Shown here: positions 18,620-29,300 of the stretch, piece after piece | Numbering within the stretch: the first letter of the stretch is position 1 | Layout of the letters: each line of letters starts with the position of its first letter | DNA from: Thermoanaerobaculia bacterium | Lineage (GTDB): Bacteria; Acidobacteriota; Thermoanaerobaculia; Multivoradales; JAHEKO01 | Assembly: GCA_046756565.1 (NCBI GenBank) | Contig: JBHHWO010000004.1 | Span: 1-63,984 of the forward strand | Reading direction: 5' to 3' | Length of the DNA stretch: 63,984 nucleotides | Translations under genes and position numbers: made by a program | Notes under the pieces: generated by a model | The model's input: only the letters and a program-made list of their open reading frames with translations | Told to the model about the DNA's origin: nothing | Database searches by the model: none

Positions 18620-19224
18620 GGCGAGCTCGCTCCGAGCAGCGCTTCGAGGTCTCCCGGCTCGTTGAGGTTGTGGAACAGATCGGGTCGGAAGAACGGCAAG
18701 TCCTCATCGATCGGCACGGTGGCGACCGGCAGGGCGGCCAGCAGCTCGTGCATGGACCGCCGGCCCGCGTCCAGATGCTCCTGAGCCACCGCCAGCGCTC
18801 GCGGGCGGTAGAGGCCGCAGAGCGGCTGAGTGCGTTCCGCGAGCAACGGCACCACCGCCGCGGAGTCCGGCGAGTGCTCTGCGGCGCTCAGGATGTGCTC
18901 GACTACCTCGGTACCCACGAGAGGCAGGTCGCAGGCCAACAGGAAGACGGCTCGGCCCGAGGCTCCCTCCCCCATCAGGGCCGCCTCGAGCCCGGCCAGA
19001 GGCCCGGCGCGGGAGCGCAGATCACCGATCGGCTTCAGGGAATCATCGTCCCAGCCCGCGCCCGGCTGGATGGAGACAACGACCTCGGCGCACACCGGCG
19101 CGAGAACCTCGGAGGTTCGGACTACGAGCGAGCGGCCAGCGACTTCGAGGGCACTCTTGTCGAAGCCCATTCTGCGGCTGGCGCCCCCGGCCAGGACGAC
19201 GCCCAGAGCCTCTTCGGCAGACAT
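18616..19224 (-). CDS. mobA: Molybdenum cofactor guanylyltransferase
   Basis: GVVLAGGASRRMGFDK and LLACDLP motifs. The ATG at 19224 (MSAEEALG) was chosen. The rest of the 338-aa track ORF is antisense to the response-regulator gene. Confidence 0.85.
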   Translation of the reverse strand: MSAEEALGVVLAGGASRRMGFDKSALEVAGRSLVVRTSEVLAPVCAEVVVSIQPGAGWDDDSLKPIGDLRSRAGPLAGLEAALMGEGASGRAVFLLACDLPLVGTEVVEHILSAAEHSPDSAAVVPLLAERTQPLCGLYRPRALAVAQEHLDAGRRSMHELLAALPVATVPIDEDLPFFRPDLFHNLNEPGDLEALLGASSP

Positions 19225-19345
19225 CGCCGGGCATCCTAGCAGGCACATCCGAACGGGCTCTAAGCTCTTGCGTTTCGCCGTTTGGGGACCAAACAAGGTG
19301 GTAAACTCGCGGTCAGAGGGAAGGCGGGAGCTTCCAGGAACGAGC

Positions 19346-19720
19346 ATGAGCAAGACCGTACTTCTCGTCGACGACGAAAAACACGTGGTCAGCGTGGTCG
19401 GCCACATGCTCGAGCAACGTGGCTTCCAGGTGGTCTCGGCGACCAGCGGCGAAGAGGCTCTCGAAGTCCTCGATAACCACAATCCGGATCTGGCGCTGCT
19501 CGACATCATCTTGCCCGGCATCGACGGCGCCACGTTGGCGCAGCGGATTCGGGCTCGTGTCGACACCGAAACCCTGCCGATCGTGTTTCTGACCGGGCTG
19601 GTGGAAGCCGACGAAATCCACCGTGGCGGCAATCAGATCGGCGGGCAGTACTTCCTCGCCAAGCCCTTCGATTCGACCGAGCTCTTTGAGGTCATTGACC
19701 GGGCAATTGCCGAGGCGTAG
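19346..19720 (+). CDS. Single-domain CheY-like response regulator
   Basis: MSKTVLLVDDE...PDLALLDIILPGIDG...FLTG...YFLAKP. The ATG at 19346 follows GGGAAGGCGGGAG. The upstream part of the track ORF is antisense to mobA. Confidence 0.9.
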   Translation: MSKTVLLVDDEKHVVSVVGHMLEQRGFQVVSATSGEEALEVLDNHNPDLALLDIILPGIDGATLAQRIRARVDTETLPIVFLTGLVEADEIHRGGNQIGGQYFLAKPFDSTELFEVIDRAIAEA

Positions 19721-21245
19721 TCACCGTCTCGCGCAATCACGGAGGCTCTGGGCGGCGGCGGCAGTCGCCGCGTCGCTGATGGCTCCCGCCGCCGGCAAAC
19801 CGGCGGCAACCGACTCTCCTTTGCCGGCGCCCTCGGCCTCCCTCCCGGTTCAGGAGATCGTGCTTTCGAACGGCTTCCGCCTGCTGCTGGTGAGCCGGCC
19901 GATGCAGGCCACGGTGGCGGCCGGCTGGGTGGTCGAAACCGGATCGTTCGACGACCCGGTGGGTGCCGCCGGCATGAGCCACTTGCTCGAGCACCTGCTC
20001 TTCAAGGGCAGCCGCCTGATCGGCACGCGGTCGTTTGCCGAGGAACGGCCGCTGCTCGAGCGCGAGGACGAGCTGACCGCCGAGCTGCGCCGCCTGGCGA
20101 GCAGGGGATCGAGAGCCGAGAAGCAGACCGAGCTGCGCCGCGAGCTCGAACAGGTCAGGACGCAGGCCACCGCTCTGGCTCGACTCGGCGAGTTTTCACT
20201 GCTCTACTCCGAGGCGGGAGCCACGGACCTCAACGCGCACACCTTCAAGGACTTCGCGGCCTATCTGGTTACCGTTCCCGCCGGCAAGCTGGAGATCTGG
20301 TTCTGGCTCGAGTCCGACCGGCTGCTGAACCCGGTTCTTCGCGAGTTTGGCAAGGAGGCCGGTATCATCCTCGAAGAGCGGCGGCAGCGAGTCGAGTCGG
20401 TGCCCGGAGGCGCCGAAGATGCGGCTTTCGAAGAGCACTTCTGGGGGGACTCCGGCTACGCACATCGCCCACTGGGACGGCCCGCCGAGCTCGCTTCGAT
20501 CGTGCGGCCAGAGGCTCGCGACTTCTTCGAACAATGGTTCCGAGCCGATCGCCTGACCGCAGTTCTGGTTGGCTCATTCGAAGCACAGCGGGTCCGAGAG
20601 CTCGGCGAGCGCTACTTCGGCCGGCTGCCGAAGAAGACCACGTCTCCGCCGTCGGCGCGGAATGCCGCTCCCTCCCCGCGGACTAACGGGCCGCCGGCGC
20701 CATGGCTCGCAGAGTGCGCGTGCGCGACCCGGCTTCGAGTTCTCTACCCGGCCGTGCCTTTCGGCCATCCCGACTCTTATCCCCTTCAGGTGCTCTCAGG
20801 AGTCCTCAACGGACGCGCGGGACGATTGCACCGCTCCCTGGTGATCGAAGAGGAGATCGCGCGCTCGGCGAGGTCGCGGTTCCAGAGCTACCGGCACGCA
20901 GGCTTCTTCAGCGTGATCGCGGAGTCCAAGGGCGGCCATTCTCCCGAACGGCTGCTCGCGGCCTGGGACGCCGAGCTCGCCGGGCTGATCGACAAGCCCC
21001 TCGGCGAACTCGAGATCGGTCGAGTCAAGAGTCAAATGGCCGCCAATGCCTACCGGAGTCTCCAGGATCCGGCCAACCTCCGCACGCAATTACTGGTCTA
21101 CGCCGGGCTGGGTGACTGGCAGGAGATCTCGCGGGGACCTGCTCATGTGCTCCGGGTCAGCGCCGCGGACGTCCGGCGGGTTGCTCGCGAGTACCTCGGC
21201 GCCGACCGACGCTCGATCGCGTACTTCGAGGGCACATCTCCGTGA
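19707..21245 (+). CDS. M16 family zinc peptidase (active subunit)
   Basis: The inverted zincin motif HxxEH is present as HLLEHLLFKGS. The Tat/Sec-like N-terminus is QSRRLWAAAAVAASLMAPAAG. The start is ambiguous: GTG 19623 overlaps the regulator gene by 98 nt, and the alternatives are TTG 19707 and ATG 19779. Confidence 0.88.
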   Translation: MPRRSHRLAQSRRLWAAAAVAASLMAPAAGKPAATDSPLPAPSASLPVQEIVLSNGFRLLLVSRPMQATVAAGWVVETGSFDDPVGAAGMSHLLEHLLFKGSRLIGTRSFAEERPLLEREDELTAELRRLASRGSRAEKQTELRRELEQVRTQATALARLGEFSLLYSEAGATDLNAHTFKDFAAYLVTVPAGKLEIWFWLESDRLLNPVLREFGKEAGIILEERRQRVESVPGGAEDAAFEEHFWGDSGYAHRPLGRPAELASIVRPEARDFFEQWFRADRLTAVLVGSFEAQRVRELGERYFGRLPKKTTSPPSARNAAPSPRTNGPPAPWLAECACATRLRVLYPAVPFGHPDSYPLQVLSGVLNGRAGRLHRSLVIEEEIARSARSRFQSYRHAGFFSVIAESKGGHSPERLLAAWDAELAGLIDKPLGELEIGRVKSQMAANAYRSLQDPANLRTQLLVYAGLGDWQEISRGPAHVLRVSAADVRRVAREYLGADRRSIAYFEGTSP

Positions 21246-22741
21246 GAGCTGTCGCGTTCCTCTCCGCCGGAATCATGCTGACCCGCCTTGCCCCCGCTCC
21301 GTCCGGCGACATCCCGGCGCATCCTCGGCTGCTCTCATTCGAGGAGCGCACGTTTCGAGTCCCGGAGGCGAACGAACGTCGCGTCGAGCTGGCTGACGGC
21401 ATCGTGGCGTTCCTCGAGCGCGACTCCTTCCTGCCGTTGATCGAGATCACTCTGGCCTTCGGCGTCGGCAGCCAGGACGATCCGCCCGGCCGGACGGGGC
21501 TGGCCTTTCTGACCGGGGCGATGCTGAGCCGCGGTGGCAGCGCTGCGCTTTCACCCGCCGAGCTCGACGCCACCTTCGAGGGCATGGGTGTGGACCTCGC
21601 GTCTTTCGTCCGGGCTCGGACCGCAATCGTCCGGCTGAGTACACCCAGCTGGGCCGCCGACGAGGCGATCGACCAGCTCTTCGACCTCCTGGCCGCTCCT
21701 CGCTTCGACTCGGACATTCTCGAGAATAGCCGGCGCAGCGTCCTCGAAGGGCTCGGCCGCCGCAACGAGAACGCTCTCGACGTACTCGAGCGCGAATGGA
21801 CGTGGCTCATGCTCGGACCGAGCCACGCCGGCGCGCGCGCGCCGACGCCGACGACGATCGAATCGATCACCCGGCTGGAGCTGGTGTCGTTCTACGAGTG
21901 CTTCTGGCGCCCGAGCAACCTGATCGCGGCTCTGTCCGGCGACGTTTCGGATGAGGTTCTTCGGCTGATCGACCGCCGAGGGTCCGAGTGGCACCAAGGC
22001 TCGGGCGACGCTCGCGCCTGTGACTCCTCAAGCACAGCAGACCCGACGGGTTCCCTGAGCCCCCGGCCCGCTCCCGGGCCGGGAACGCGGGTCGCCTTTC
22101 ATCCGGCGCCGCAAGCCAAGATCAGAATCGGCCATCGGATCGCGAAGCCGCCGGCCGCGACCGAGCGCGAACGATTCGCCCTGCGGGTTGCGGGCGAGAT
22201 CCTCGGTGGTGGCGGGGCGATCTCCCGCCTCAACGGCCGGCTACGCACTTCGGAGGGGCTCGTCTACCGGGCGAACGCCGAGATCGAGCTCGACCGGGCA
22301 GGCGAGGAGGAGTTCCGCATCTTCCTCGAGACCCGAACCGACCGGGCTTGGCGTGCCGTCGACCTGGCGCTCGAGGAAGTCGAGCGGCTCCGCAACGAGC
22401 TCGTCCACCCGCGCGAGCTCGACGTCGTGCGCGAAACCCTGATCGGAAACCTGCGCTCAGAGTTCGACACCGCCGAGGAGATCGTCGGGTATCTGGCCGA
22501 AAACGTCGTCCTGGACCGGCCGGACGACTACTGGAATCGTTATCTCGAAGCCGTCCGGACCGTGACCCGTGAAGAGGTCCGCGCGGCAGCTCGCAAGTTC
22601 ATCCGGCCCGAGGACTTCTCCGTCCTGGTCGTCGGGCCGAAGGGGCGAATCCTCGAGGGCGCCGAGCGTGGACTCATGATCCTCCCCGAGCGGGACCCGC
22701 GGACGCTGGAGCCACTGGCCGCGACCGACCGGCCGCTCTAG
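21242..22741 (+). CDS. M16 family peptidase-like protein (no HxxEH, non-catalytic partner)
   Basis: It has the same two-domain M16 layout, but the zinc-motif position reads GLAFLTGAMLSRGG. The GTG start overlaps the upstream stop (GTGA), suggesting translational coupling. Confidence 0.85.
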   Translation: MRAVAFLSAGIMLTRLAPAPSGDIPAHPRLLSFEERTFRVPEANERRVELADGIVAFLERDSFLPLIEITLAFGVGSQDDPPGRTGLAFLTGAMLSRGGSAALSPAELDATFEGMGVDLASFVRARTAIVRLSTPSWAADEAIDQLFDLLAAPRFDSDILENSRRSVLEGLGRRNENALDVLEREWTWLMLGPSHAGARAPTPTTIESITRLELVSFYECFWRPSNLIAALSGDVSDEVLRLIDRRGSEWHQGSGDARACDSSSTADPTGSLSPRPAPGPGTRVAFHPAPQAKIRIGHRIAKPPAATERERFALRVAGEILGGGGAISRLNGRLRTSEGLVYRANAEIELDRAGEEEFRIFLETRTDRAWRAVDLALEEVERLRNELVHPRELDVVRETLIGNLRSEFDTAEEIVGYLAENVVLDRPDDYWNRYLEAVRTVTREEVRAAARKFIRPEDFSVLVVGPKGRILEGAERGLMILPERDPRTLEPLAATDRPL

Positions 22742-22769
22742 ATCACACCCAGGGCACGGTGGCCCGGTG

Positions 22770-25154
22770 CTACTCCGACAGGAGGCGCAGCGCCTCGCCC
22801 ACCACCTCCGACGACTTGGGCAGGTAGTCGAACTCGAGCGGTGGCGAGTACGGCACTGGGGTGTCCGGGGCGGCCACGCGGCGGATGGGCGCGTCCAGGT
22901 CGTAGAAGCACTGGTCGGCAAGGGTCGCGGCGAGCTCGCCGGCGAGGCCGCCCCTCCTAGTGTCCTCGTGGAGGATGAGGACCCGGTTGGTCTTCTTGAC
23001 AGAGGCACGGATCGCCTCGACGTCGAGTGGCACGAGCGATCTCAGGTCGACGACTTCCGTATCGCAGCCCTGCCGTTCGAGATCTCCGGCGGCCTCGAGA
23101 GCGGTCCAGACCATTGCGCCGTAGGTGAGCACCGTGAGGTCGCCCCCCTCTCGCCGCACGGCCGCCCGGCCGAGCGGAACCTCGTGGCTCGCTCCCAGCG
23201 GGACCTCCTCGCGCAGGTCGGTGCGAAAGAAACCGTACAGACCCTTCGCTTCCAGGAAAATGACCGGGTTCTCGTCGCGAATCGCCGAGATCAGCAGCCC
23301 CTTGGCGTCCGCGGGCGTTGCCGGCGCCACGATCTTCCAACCCGGCGTGCGCACGAACCACATCTCGGGGCACTGGCTGTGAAAAGGACCGCCGCCCAGC
23401 AGCATGTTCATGGTGCCGGTGGCCCCGCCATAGGGCAAGCGCACCACCAAAGGCACCGGCCGGCCCCACCGCCAGTAGAGCTTGGCGGCGTTGTTGACCA
23501 GCGCGTTGAACGCTGGCGCCAGGAAATCCGCGAACTGCATCTCGACCACCGGACGGAGCCCGGCGAGTGCCGCGCCGACACCACAGCCGACGATCGCGGA
23601 CTCGGCGAGCGGAGCGTTCAGACAGCGCTCGCGCCCGAACCGCTTGGCGAGACCGCGCGTGACGCCGAATGCCCCGCCGTAGCGCCCCCCCACGTCTTCG
23701 CCCAGAGTGCACACCGAGTCGTCCTCGGACATCATCTCCACGAGAGCCTGGCGCACGGCCTCGTCATAGGACATCCGTTGGGTCGGCGGCGCCGGGTCCG
23801 GCTTGGGGATGGGAAGAGCGCGGGCCGCGAACACGCGGTCGCGATAGTCGGCCGGTCCCGGCCATTCGGCCCTCTCCGCGACCTGAGCCGCCTCGGCGAC
23901 CCTGTCGGTGACTTCGTCGCGCATCGCGTCGAGGTCGGCTTGCGTCAGCTCCTCCTCGGTCACGAGCTTCTCGGCGTATGCGTCAATCGGATCGTGCCGC
24001 TCCCAGGCCTTGCGCTCTTCCTCGTACTCGTAACCCGGCACCTTGGCCTCGGGATTGCCGTGAAAGCGGTCGTCGTCGTGGTGGGCATGACCACTTCGGC
24101 GGTAGGAGACAAGCTCGATGAGAGTTGGTCCCGCCCCGGATCGGGCGCGCTCGGCCGCCCAGCCGACGCCCGCGGCCACCACCTCCGGGTCATTGCCGAA
24201 CAGAGTGACTCCCGGAGTCCCGTAGCCCGCGGCGCGAGTTGCGAACCGATCGGCACTACTCTGCTCACTGACGTGGGTGCCCAGGGCCCACTGGTTGTTT
24301 TCGATTACGAAGACCATCCCCAGCTTCTGGACAGCCGCGAAATTGATCGCCTCGTGCCACTCGCCGAGACTGGCGCCACCGTCACCGATGAAGCCGACGC
24401 AAACCCGATCGTGCGCCCGCACCTTGGCCGCGTAGGCGACTCCAATCAGGGTCTGAACCGCTATTGCCAGGGGCGCGGCGGGAGGCAGAACGCCTTCGTC
24501 GAAATCGCCCACGTGGAGGTCGCGGCCGCCAACCGGTGTCCCGCGCTTGCCGTACTGCACCAGAATCGGCTGCAGCGGATCCGGATTGAACATCATTCGA
24601 GCGCCCAGGTCCCGGATAAGTGGGCTGATGACGTCACCGCGGTAGCCCGGACCCCTTTCGAAGGCCGGCGGCCTACGCAGCCGAAGCGCGGCGCCGACGA
24701 TCGCCTCCTGACCGGTCGAACGGAAGCCCTTCTGCGGCGACGGATACTTGCCCCAGGCGACCTGCTTGCGATCGAAGGCGCCCTTCAAGAAATCGTCAAC
24801 TGCACGAGTCAGCAACATCGCCCGCAGCATTTCGAGCTTCTCTGCTCTCGTGATCGAGCCTCGAATTCGACGCCGCTCGAAGAACCCCCGGACGAGTACG
24901 TCGAGGGCCTGCTTGTTGCGGGCTACCGCTCGACGGTGACTCACCATCGGGTAGAGGCGCGCCTCCGCATAGTCCGGACCGGTCTGATAGCGGGCCTCGA
25001 TTCGCTCGAGCAACACTCGCTCGAGCTCCTCTTCATTGTGAACTCGCGGCGGTAGATCGCGGATCAGAAACGGAGCCTCCAGGCTCAGAAAGCCGTGCAG
25101 CTCATGCAGCAGATCGCGGGGCAGCGAGGTTCGTATCGGGCTCGTCTCGGGCAT
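22770..25154 (-). CDS. Fused 2-oxoacid dehydrogenase E1 component (alpha + beta in one polypeptide)
   Basis: The N-terminal half carries the TPP motif GDGGASLGEWHEAINFAAVQKLGMVFVIENNQWA. The C-terminal half is an E1-beta (transketolase-like) module: MSYDEAVRQAL...LGEDVG..GG.F.VT.GL...FG.ER..N.PL.E. The C-terminal domain ends ...YLPKSSEVVGEALRLL. Confidence 0.9.
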   Translation of the reverse strand: MPETSPIRTSLPRDLLHELHGFLSLEAPFLIRDLPPRVHNEEELERVLLERIEARYQTGPDYAEARLYPMVSHRRAVARNKQALDVLVRGFFERRRIRGSITRAEKLEMLRAMLLTRAVDDFLKGAFDRKQVAWGKYPSPQKGFRSTGQEAIVGAALRLRRPPAFERGPGYRGDVISPLIRDLGARMMFNPDPLQPILVQYGKRGTPVGGRDLHVGDFDEGVLPPAAPLAIAVQTLIGVAYAAKVRAHDRVCVGFIGDGGASLGEWHEAINFAAVQKLGMVFVIENNQWALGTHVSEQSSADRFATRAAGYGTPGVTLFGNDPEVVAAGVGWAAERARSGAGPTLIELVSYRRSGHAHHDDDRFHGNPEAKVPGYEYEEERKAWERHDPIDAYAEKLVTEEELTQADLDAMRDEVTDRVAEAAQVAERAEWPGPADYRDRVFAARALPIPKPDPAPPTQRMSYDEAVRQALVEMMSEDDSVCTLGEDVGGRYGGAFGVTRGLAKRFGRERCLNAPLAESAIVGCGVGAALAGLRPVVEMQFADFLAPAFNALVNNAAKLYWRWGRPVPLVVRLPYGGATGTMNMLLGGGPFHSQCPEMWFVRTPGWKIVAPATPADAKGLLISAIRDENPVIFLEAKGLYGFFRTDLREEVPLGASHEVPLGRAAVRREGGDLTVLTYGAMVWTALEAAGDLERQGCDTEVVDLRSLVPLDVEAIRASVKKTNRVLILHEDTRRGGLAGELAATLADQCFYDLDAPIRRVAAPDTPVPYSPPLEFDYLPKSSEVVGEALRLLSE

Positions 25155-25212
25155 GGACCGAGGGAGAGTATAGCCGCGCGCGGAGCCCGAAGAACCTGCC
25201 GCTGCGGACGCT

Positions 25213-26346
25213 CTAGGACACCAGACGGCGCTCGATGCGGGCGCCCAGCCGCGTCAGAATCTCGTATGGAATCGTTCCGGCCTGACGAGCCAGTCGCTCC
25301 ACCGAGTTACCCGCGCCGAAGTCCGGCGAGATGATCTCGACTTCCTCTCCGACCTCGGCATCGGCTACATCGGTGAGATCGAGAATCGTCTGATCCATCG
25401 CCACCGAACCCCGGCACGGTACTTCGGTACCGCGCAGTCGCATCACGCTCTCGTTGCTCAAAGCGCGCAGGTAACCGTCGGCGTACCCGATCGGAACCAG
25501 ACCGATGCGGCTGGTGCGATCGAAGCGGTGGGTCAAGCCGTATCCACAGCCTTCACCCTCGGCCGCCTTCTTGGTCTGCATCACGTGGGTCACGAGCCGG
25601 AGCGCCGGCTGCAAGCCGGCCGCTGCCTCGAGATGCTCCGCGGGTCTATAGCCGTAGACGCTCAACCCGGGCCGCACCAGGTCCAAGTGGCTGCCGCCGA
25701 GGCTCAGAAGGGCGGCGGAATTGGCCGCGTGGCGTCGCGCGGAGTCCGGGATCGAGTCGACCGATCGCGTCCAGTCCAGAAACCGTTCCAGCTGCTCCTC
25801 GGCGAAGCTCGTGTCCACATCCTCGGCGGTCGCGAAGTGGGTGTACACGCCGGCCAGCTCGCAATCCTCGCGGCCCGCTACGGTATCCGCCAAGGCAGCG
25901 GCCTCCTCTAGGTCGGCTCCACCTCGATGCATCCCGGTGTCGACCTTGAGATGCACCCGGGCGATGCGATGCGCCCGGTGGGCCGCGCTGTTCAACCACT
26001 CGATCTCGTCGAGCGACGCCACCGTCATCTCGACACCGAGATTCACCAGCCGGGCTAGGTCTTCGGCCGACCCGATCCGAGCCCGCGCCCCCATCGGAAA
26101 GAGCACCAGCAGCCCGCCCTCGTAGCCCCAGTCCCGGAGCTCCAGCGCCTCACGGGCGTTCGACACGCAGAGGCCGTCCGAACCGCCGGCCAGCGTCGGC
26201 CAGAGCTCCTCGAGTCCCAGCCCGTAGGCGTCGGCCTTGGCCACCGGCCACAGCCTGCAGCCCTCCGGCAGGAGTCCACGAAGGTGACGAAGATTGTGCT
26301 GGACCGCGCCGGTCGACACCTCGGCGATGAGATGGCTCGGAATCAT
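25213..26346 (-). CDS. alr: Alanine racemase
   Basis: The PLP-lysine motif is WPVAKADAYGLG. Other blocks are HLKVDTGMHRGG, Y.LTHRF, IGLVPIGYADGY and the C-terminal beta-domain block IPYEILT.LG.RI.R. Confidence 0.92.
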   Translation of the reverse strand: MIPSHLIAEVSTGAVQHNLRHLRGLLPEGCRLWPVAKADAYGLGLEELWPTLAGGSDGLCVSNAREALELRDWGYEGGLLVLFPMGARARIGSAEDLARLVNLGVEMTVASLDEIEWLNSAAHRAHRIARVHLKVDTGMHRGGADLEEAAALADTVAGREDCELAGVYTHFATAEDVDTSFAEEQLERFLDWTRSVDSIPDSARRHAANSAALLSLGGSHLDLVRPGLSVYGYRPAEHLEAAAGLQPALRLVTHVMQTKKAAEGEGCGYGLTHRFDRTSRIGLVPIGYADGYLRALSNESVMRLRGTEVPCRGSVAMDQTILDLTDVADAEVGEEVEIISPDFGAGNSVERLARQAGTIPYEILTRLGARIERRLVS

Positions 26347-26391
26347 CGGATCGTCATGATAGACGACCCGCTAAGCGGCCTCAGCGGCCCG

Positions 26392-29300
26392 CTACGCGGG
26401 CGCCGTCTCGCCCTCGGTAACAGGCGCCGTTTCGGAGGCCCGGCTTGCACGCTCCGAACCGGCCCAGACTCGCCGGAGCCACGCCGAGATGGCTTCCATC
26501 AGGACGGAGATAAACGGCAAGACCAGGAGGGTCAGGATGACCGAAGACATCAGGCCGCCCATGACCGTACGGGCCAGCGGGTAGTAAAAAAGCCCGCTGG
26601 TTGCCGGCCCGCGAATGGCGAGCGGCACCAGGCCGATGATGGTCGTAGCCGCGGTCATCAGAATCGGGCGCAGGCGCTCCTGGCCGGCGAGAACGATCGC
26701 CTCGTCGCGTGGCAGGCCCGTCTTTCGAAGCTGGTTGACGTGATCGAGCAGCACGATCCCGTTGTTGACGACGATGCCCATCAGGATCAGAACTCCGATC
26801 TGCCCCATCAGGTTGAAGCTGGTGCCGGTCGCTGCCAGCATCCAGGCGATGCCTGGCAGGGCGAACGGAATCGAGAACAGGATCGCGAACGGCTGGGCCA
26901 ACGACTCGAACAGCGACGCCATCACGAGATAGACCAGCGCCAGAGCCAGAAGGAAGTTCACGCCCATCTGGGCGTTCTGGTCCTGCTGCTCGACGATCCG
27001 GTCGTTCCAGCTCCAGGAGTAGCCGGGAGGCAGCTCGAAGGCGTCCATGAGACCGGCGATCTCGTCCTGGGTGTCCTTCCAGTTTTCGCCTTCGTAGGTG
27101 CCGCGGACAGAGACGCGGACCTTCCGGTTCTCGCGCTCGATCTGGCGCGCGCGCGGAACGATCTCGAAGGTGGCGACATCGGCCAGGGTGATCGCCGCGC
27201 CGTCCTGCCCACCGATCTGGAGGCGCTTGAGGTCGTCGAGGTTCTCGCGGTCCTCGAGCCGCAGCGCCAGCCAGGTGTCTACTTCGCGCTCGCCCGCGTT
27301 GAAGCGCGGCAGGCGCATGGCCCCGAGGGTGAACGAAAAGATGTCCGCCATGTCTTGGGCGTCGAGACCGTTTCTCGCCGCCTTCTCGCGGTCGATCTTG
27401 ACGCGGACTTCCTGTTGGGAATCGCGAAACGAAGTGCGAATGTCCTGAATGCCGTCGAGGGTCTCGATCCTGCGCAGGGCCTCGTTGGCATAACCCTGGA
27501 GAACCGAGCTGTCCTGGCCGAAGAACTTGACCGCAAAGAAGGTGCTCGAGCCGCCGGTATCGGCATCGTCGTCGAACATGAACTTGACGCCCGCGATCTC
27601 CGGCAGCCTTTCGCGAATCCGGCCCTGAAGCTCGCGCACCTCCTCGTCGGTCATGTTCTTGCGCGCCAGAACCATTGTGGTCTCGGCCCGGTTCTCCATG
27701 TAGAAGCTGTACAGCGATTTGATCTCGAACTCTTCCCGGTGCTCCCAGAGGAACGGTTCCAGCTCCCGAACCGTCTCACGAGCCTCCGACTTGTAGGTGT
27801 GGTCGGCAAACTCGTAGCGTAGGAAGATGCGCTCGTTGACGATGCCCGAGAAGATGGCGCCCTCGACCATGCCGGTCTGAAAGGGCACCATGCCGATGCC
27901 GAGAAACAGGAGCAGCACGCCAGCTGTCTTCCATCGATGGACCAGGGTCCAGCGCAGAACCCGGGCGTACTTTCCCTCGAGCCAGGAGACCGACTTGATC
28001 TCCTTTGCCTTCTTCCTGCCCAGGAAGTGCGCCGACATGAGCGGGATGAGAGTCAAGGAGGAGAAGAGCGAGCAAGCCAGCGCGATCGCGATCGCGATGC
28101 CGATCTCCTTGAGCCACGTGGTGAGTCCGGTCGCGGCCCCGATAATCAGTGGCAGGAATACGATCAACGTGGTCAGAGTCGAGGCCGAGACCGCGGTCGC
28201 GACCGCTCGCGCCCCGATCAGCGCCGACTTCTTGCGGTTCCTCTCGGTTCGATGCAGCCGGTCGATGGACTCGAGCACCACGACCGCGTTGTCGACCAGC
28301 ATACCCACCGCCAGCATCAAACCCATCATGGACAGCACGTTCAATGTCTTGCCCATGAAGTACATGATTCCGCAGGCAGCCAGGATCGAGAACGGAATCG
28401 ACAGCGACACGATCAAGGTCGAGTCGAATCGGCGCAAAAAGAAGTAGAGGCTGAGGATCGCCAGAACGGCCCCGATCAGGCCCGCGGTCATCAGGCCGGT
28501 GAGCCCACCCATGATCTCTTCGCCCTGATCGTCCCAGACGAACAGGTTGACGCCCTCGAGGAGTGGGTCGTTATTGATTTCGTTCCTGATCACCGCCATC
28601 ACGCTGCGCACCACGTCGACAGTGTTGGCCGTGGACTCCTTGAAGACCTCCAGACCGACGGCGAACTGCTGATCGAGGAAGCGGCCGTGAGGAATTGGCG
28701 GCTCCTCGTAGGTGATCTCGGCGATATCGCGAAGCCGCAGGCCGCGCTCGTCGATCACCATGTCACCGACCTCTTCCACGGACCGGAACTGACCCACCGA
28801 ACGGGCCGTGAGGCGCAAGCCGCCCTGATCGACCTGACCCAGGACCATATTCGTCGAGGAGCCCTGCAGCCGCTGGATGAGCGCACTGACGTCCACGTTG
28901 TGCTCGCGCAGGCGCGCCAGCACGAGATCGATCGAGATCTCACGCGGTCGGACGCCGTCCAGATCCACGCGCGCCACACCGGGCACCCGCCGGAGGCGGT
29001 TCAAGACGCGCGCTTCGATGAGATCGTACGATTCGGAGAGGTCGACACCTTTCGAAGACACCCGCGCCTGCACCACGGGCATGTCGTTGGTGTTGAAGGA
29101 GAAGATGACGATCTCGCCGATCGAGGTCGGCAGATCGGCCTTGATCTGATCCATCTTCTCGCTGACCTGCATGCGAACGATGTCGAGCTCCTTGCCCCAG
29201 TCAAATTCGAGGAAGAACGACGCCTGGTCGGCGTCCGCGCGTGAGTTGAGCGTTTTGACGCCCGGCATGGTCGCCAGGACCTCCTCCACCGGCTTCAGGA

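Noticed and set aside
16382-18784. Plus-strand ORFs of 346 and 438 aa
   Set aside because: They are antisense to the YdeP-type oxidoreductase gene and carry no motifs.
18830-19345. Upstream part of the 296-aa ORF (and the mirror 19225..19632 part of the 338-aa minus ORF)
   Set aside because: Each extension is antisense to the real gene on the other strand (mobA and the response regulator). Motifs begin only at 19346 (+) and 19224 (-).
22767-25055. 762-aa plus-strand ORF
   Set aside because: It is exactly antisense to the well-supported fused E1 gene. The translation is Arg/Gly/His/Val-rich with no motif. This is a typical shadow ORF of a high-GC gene.
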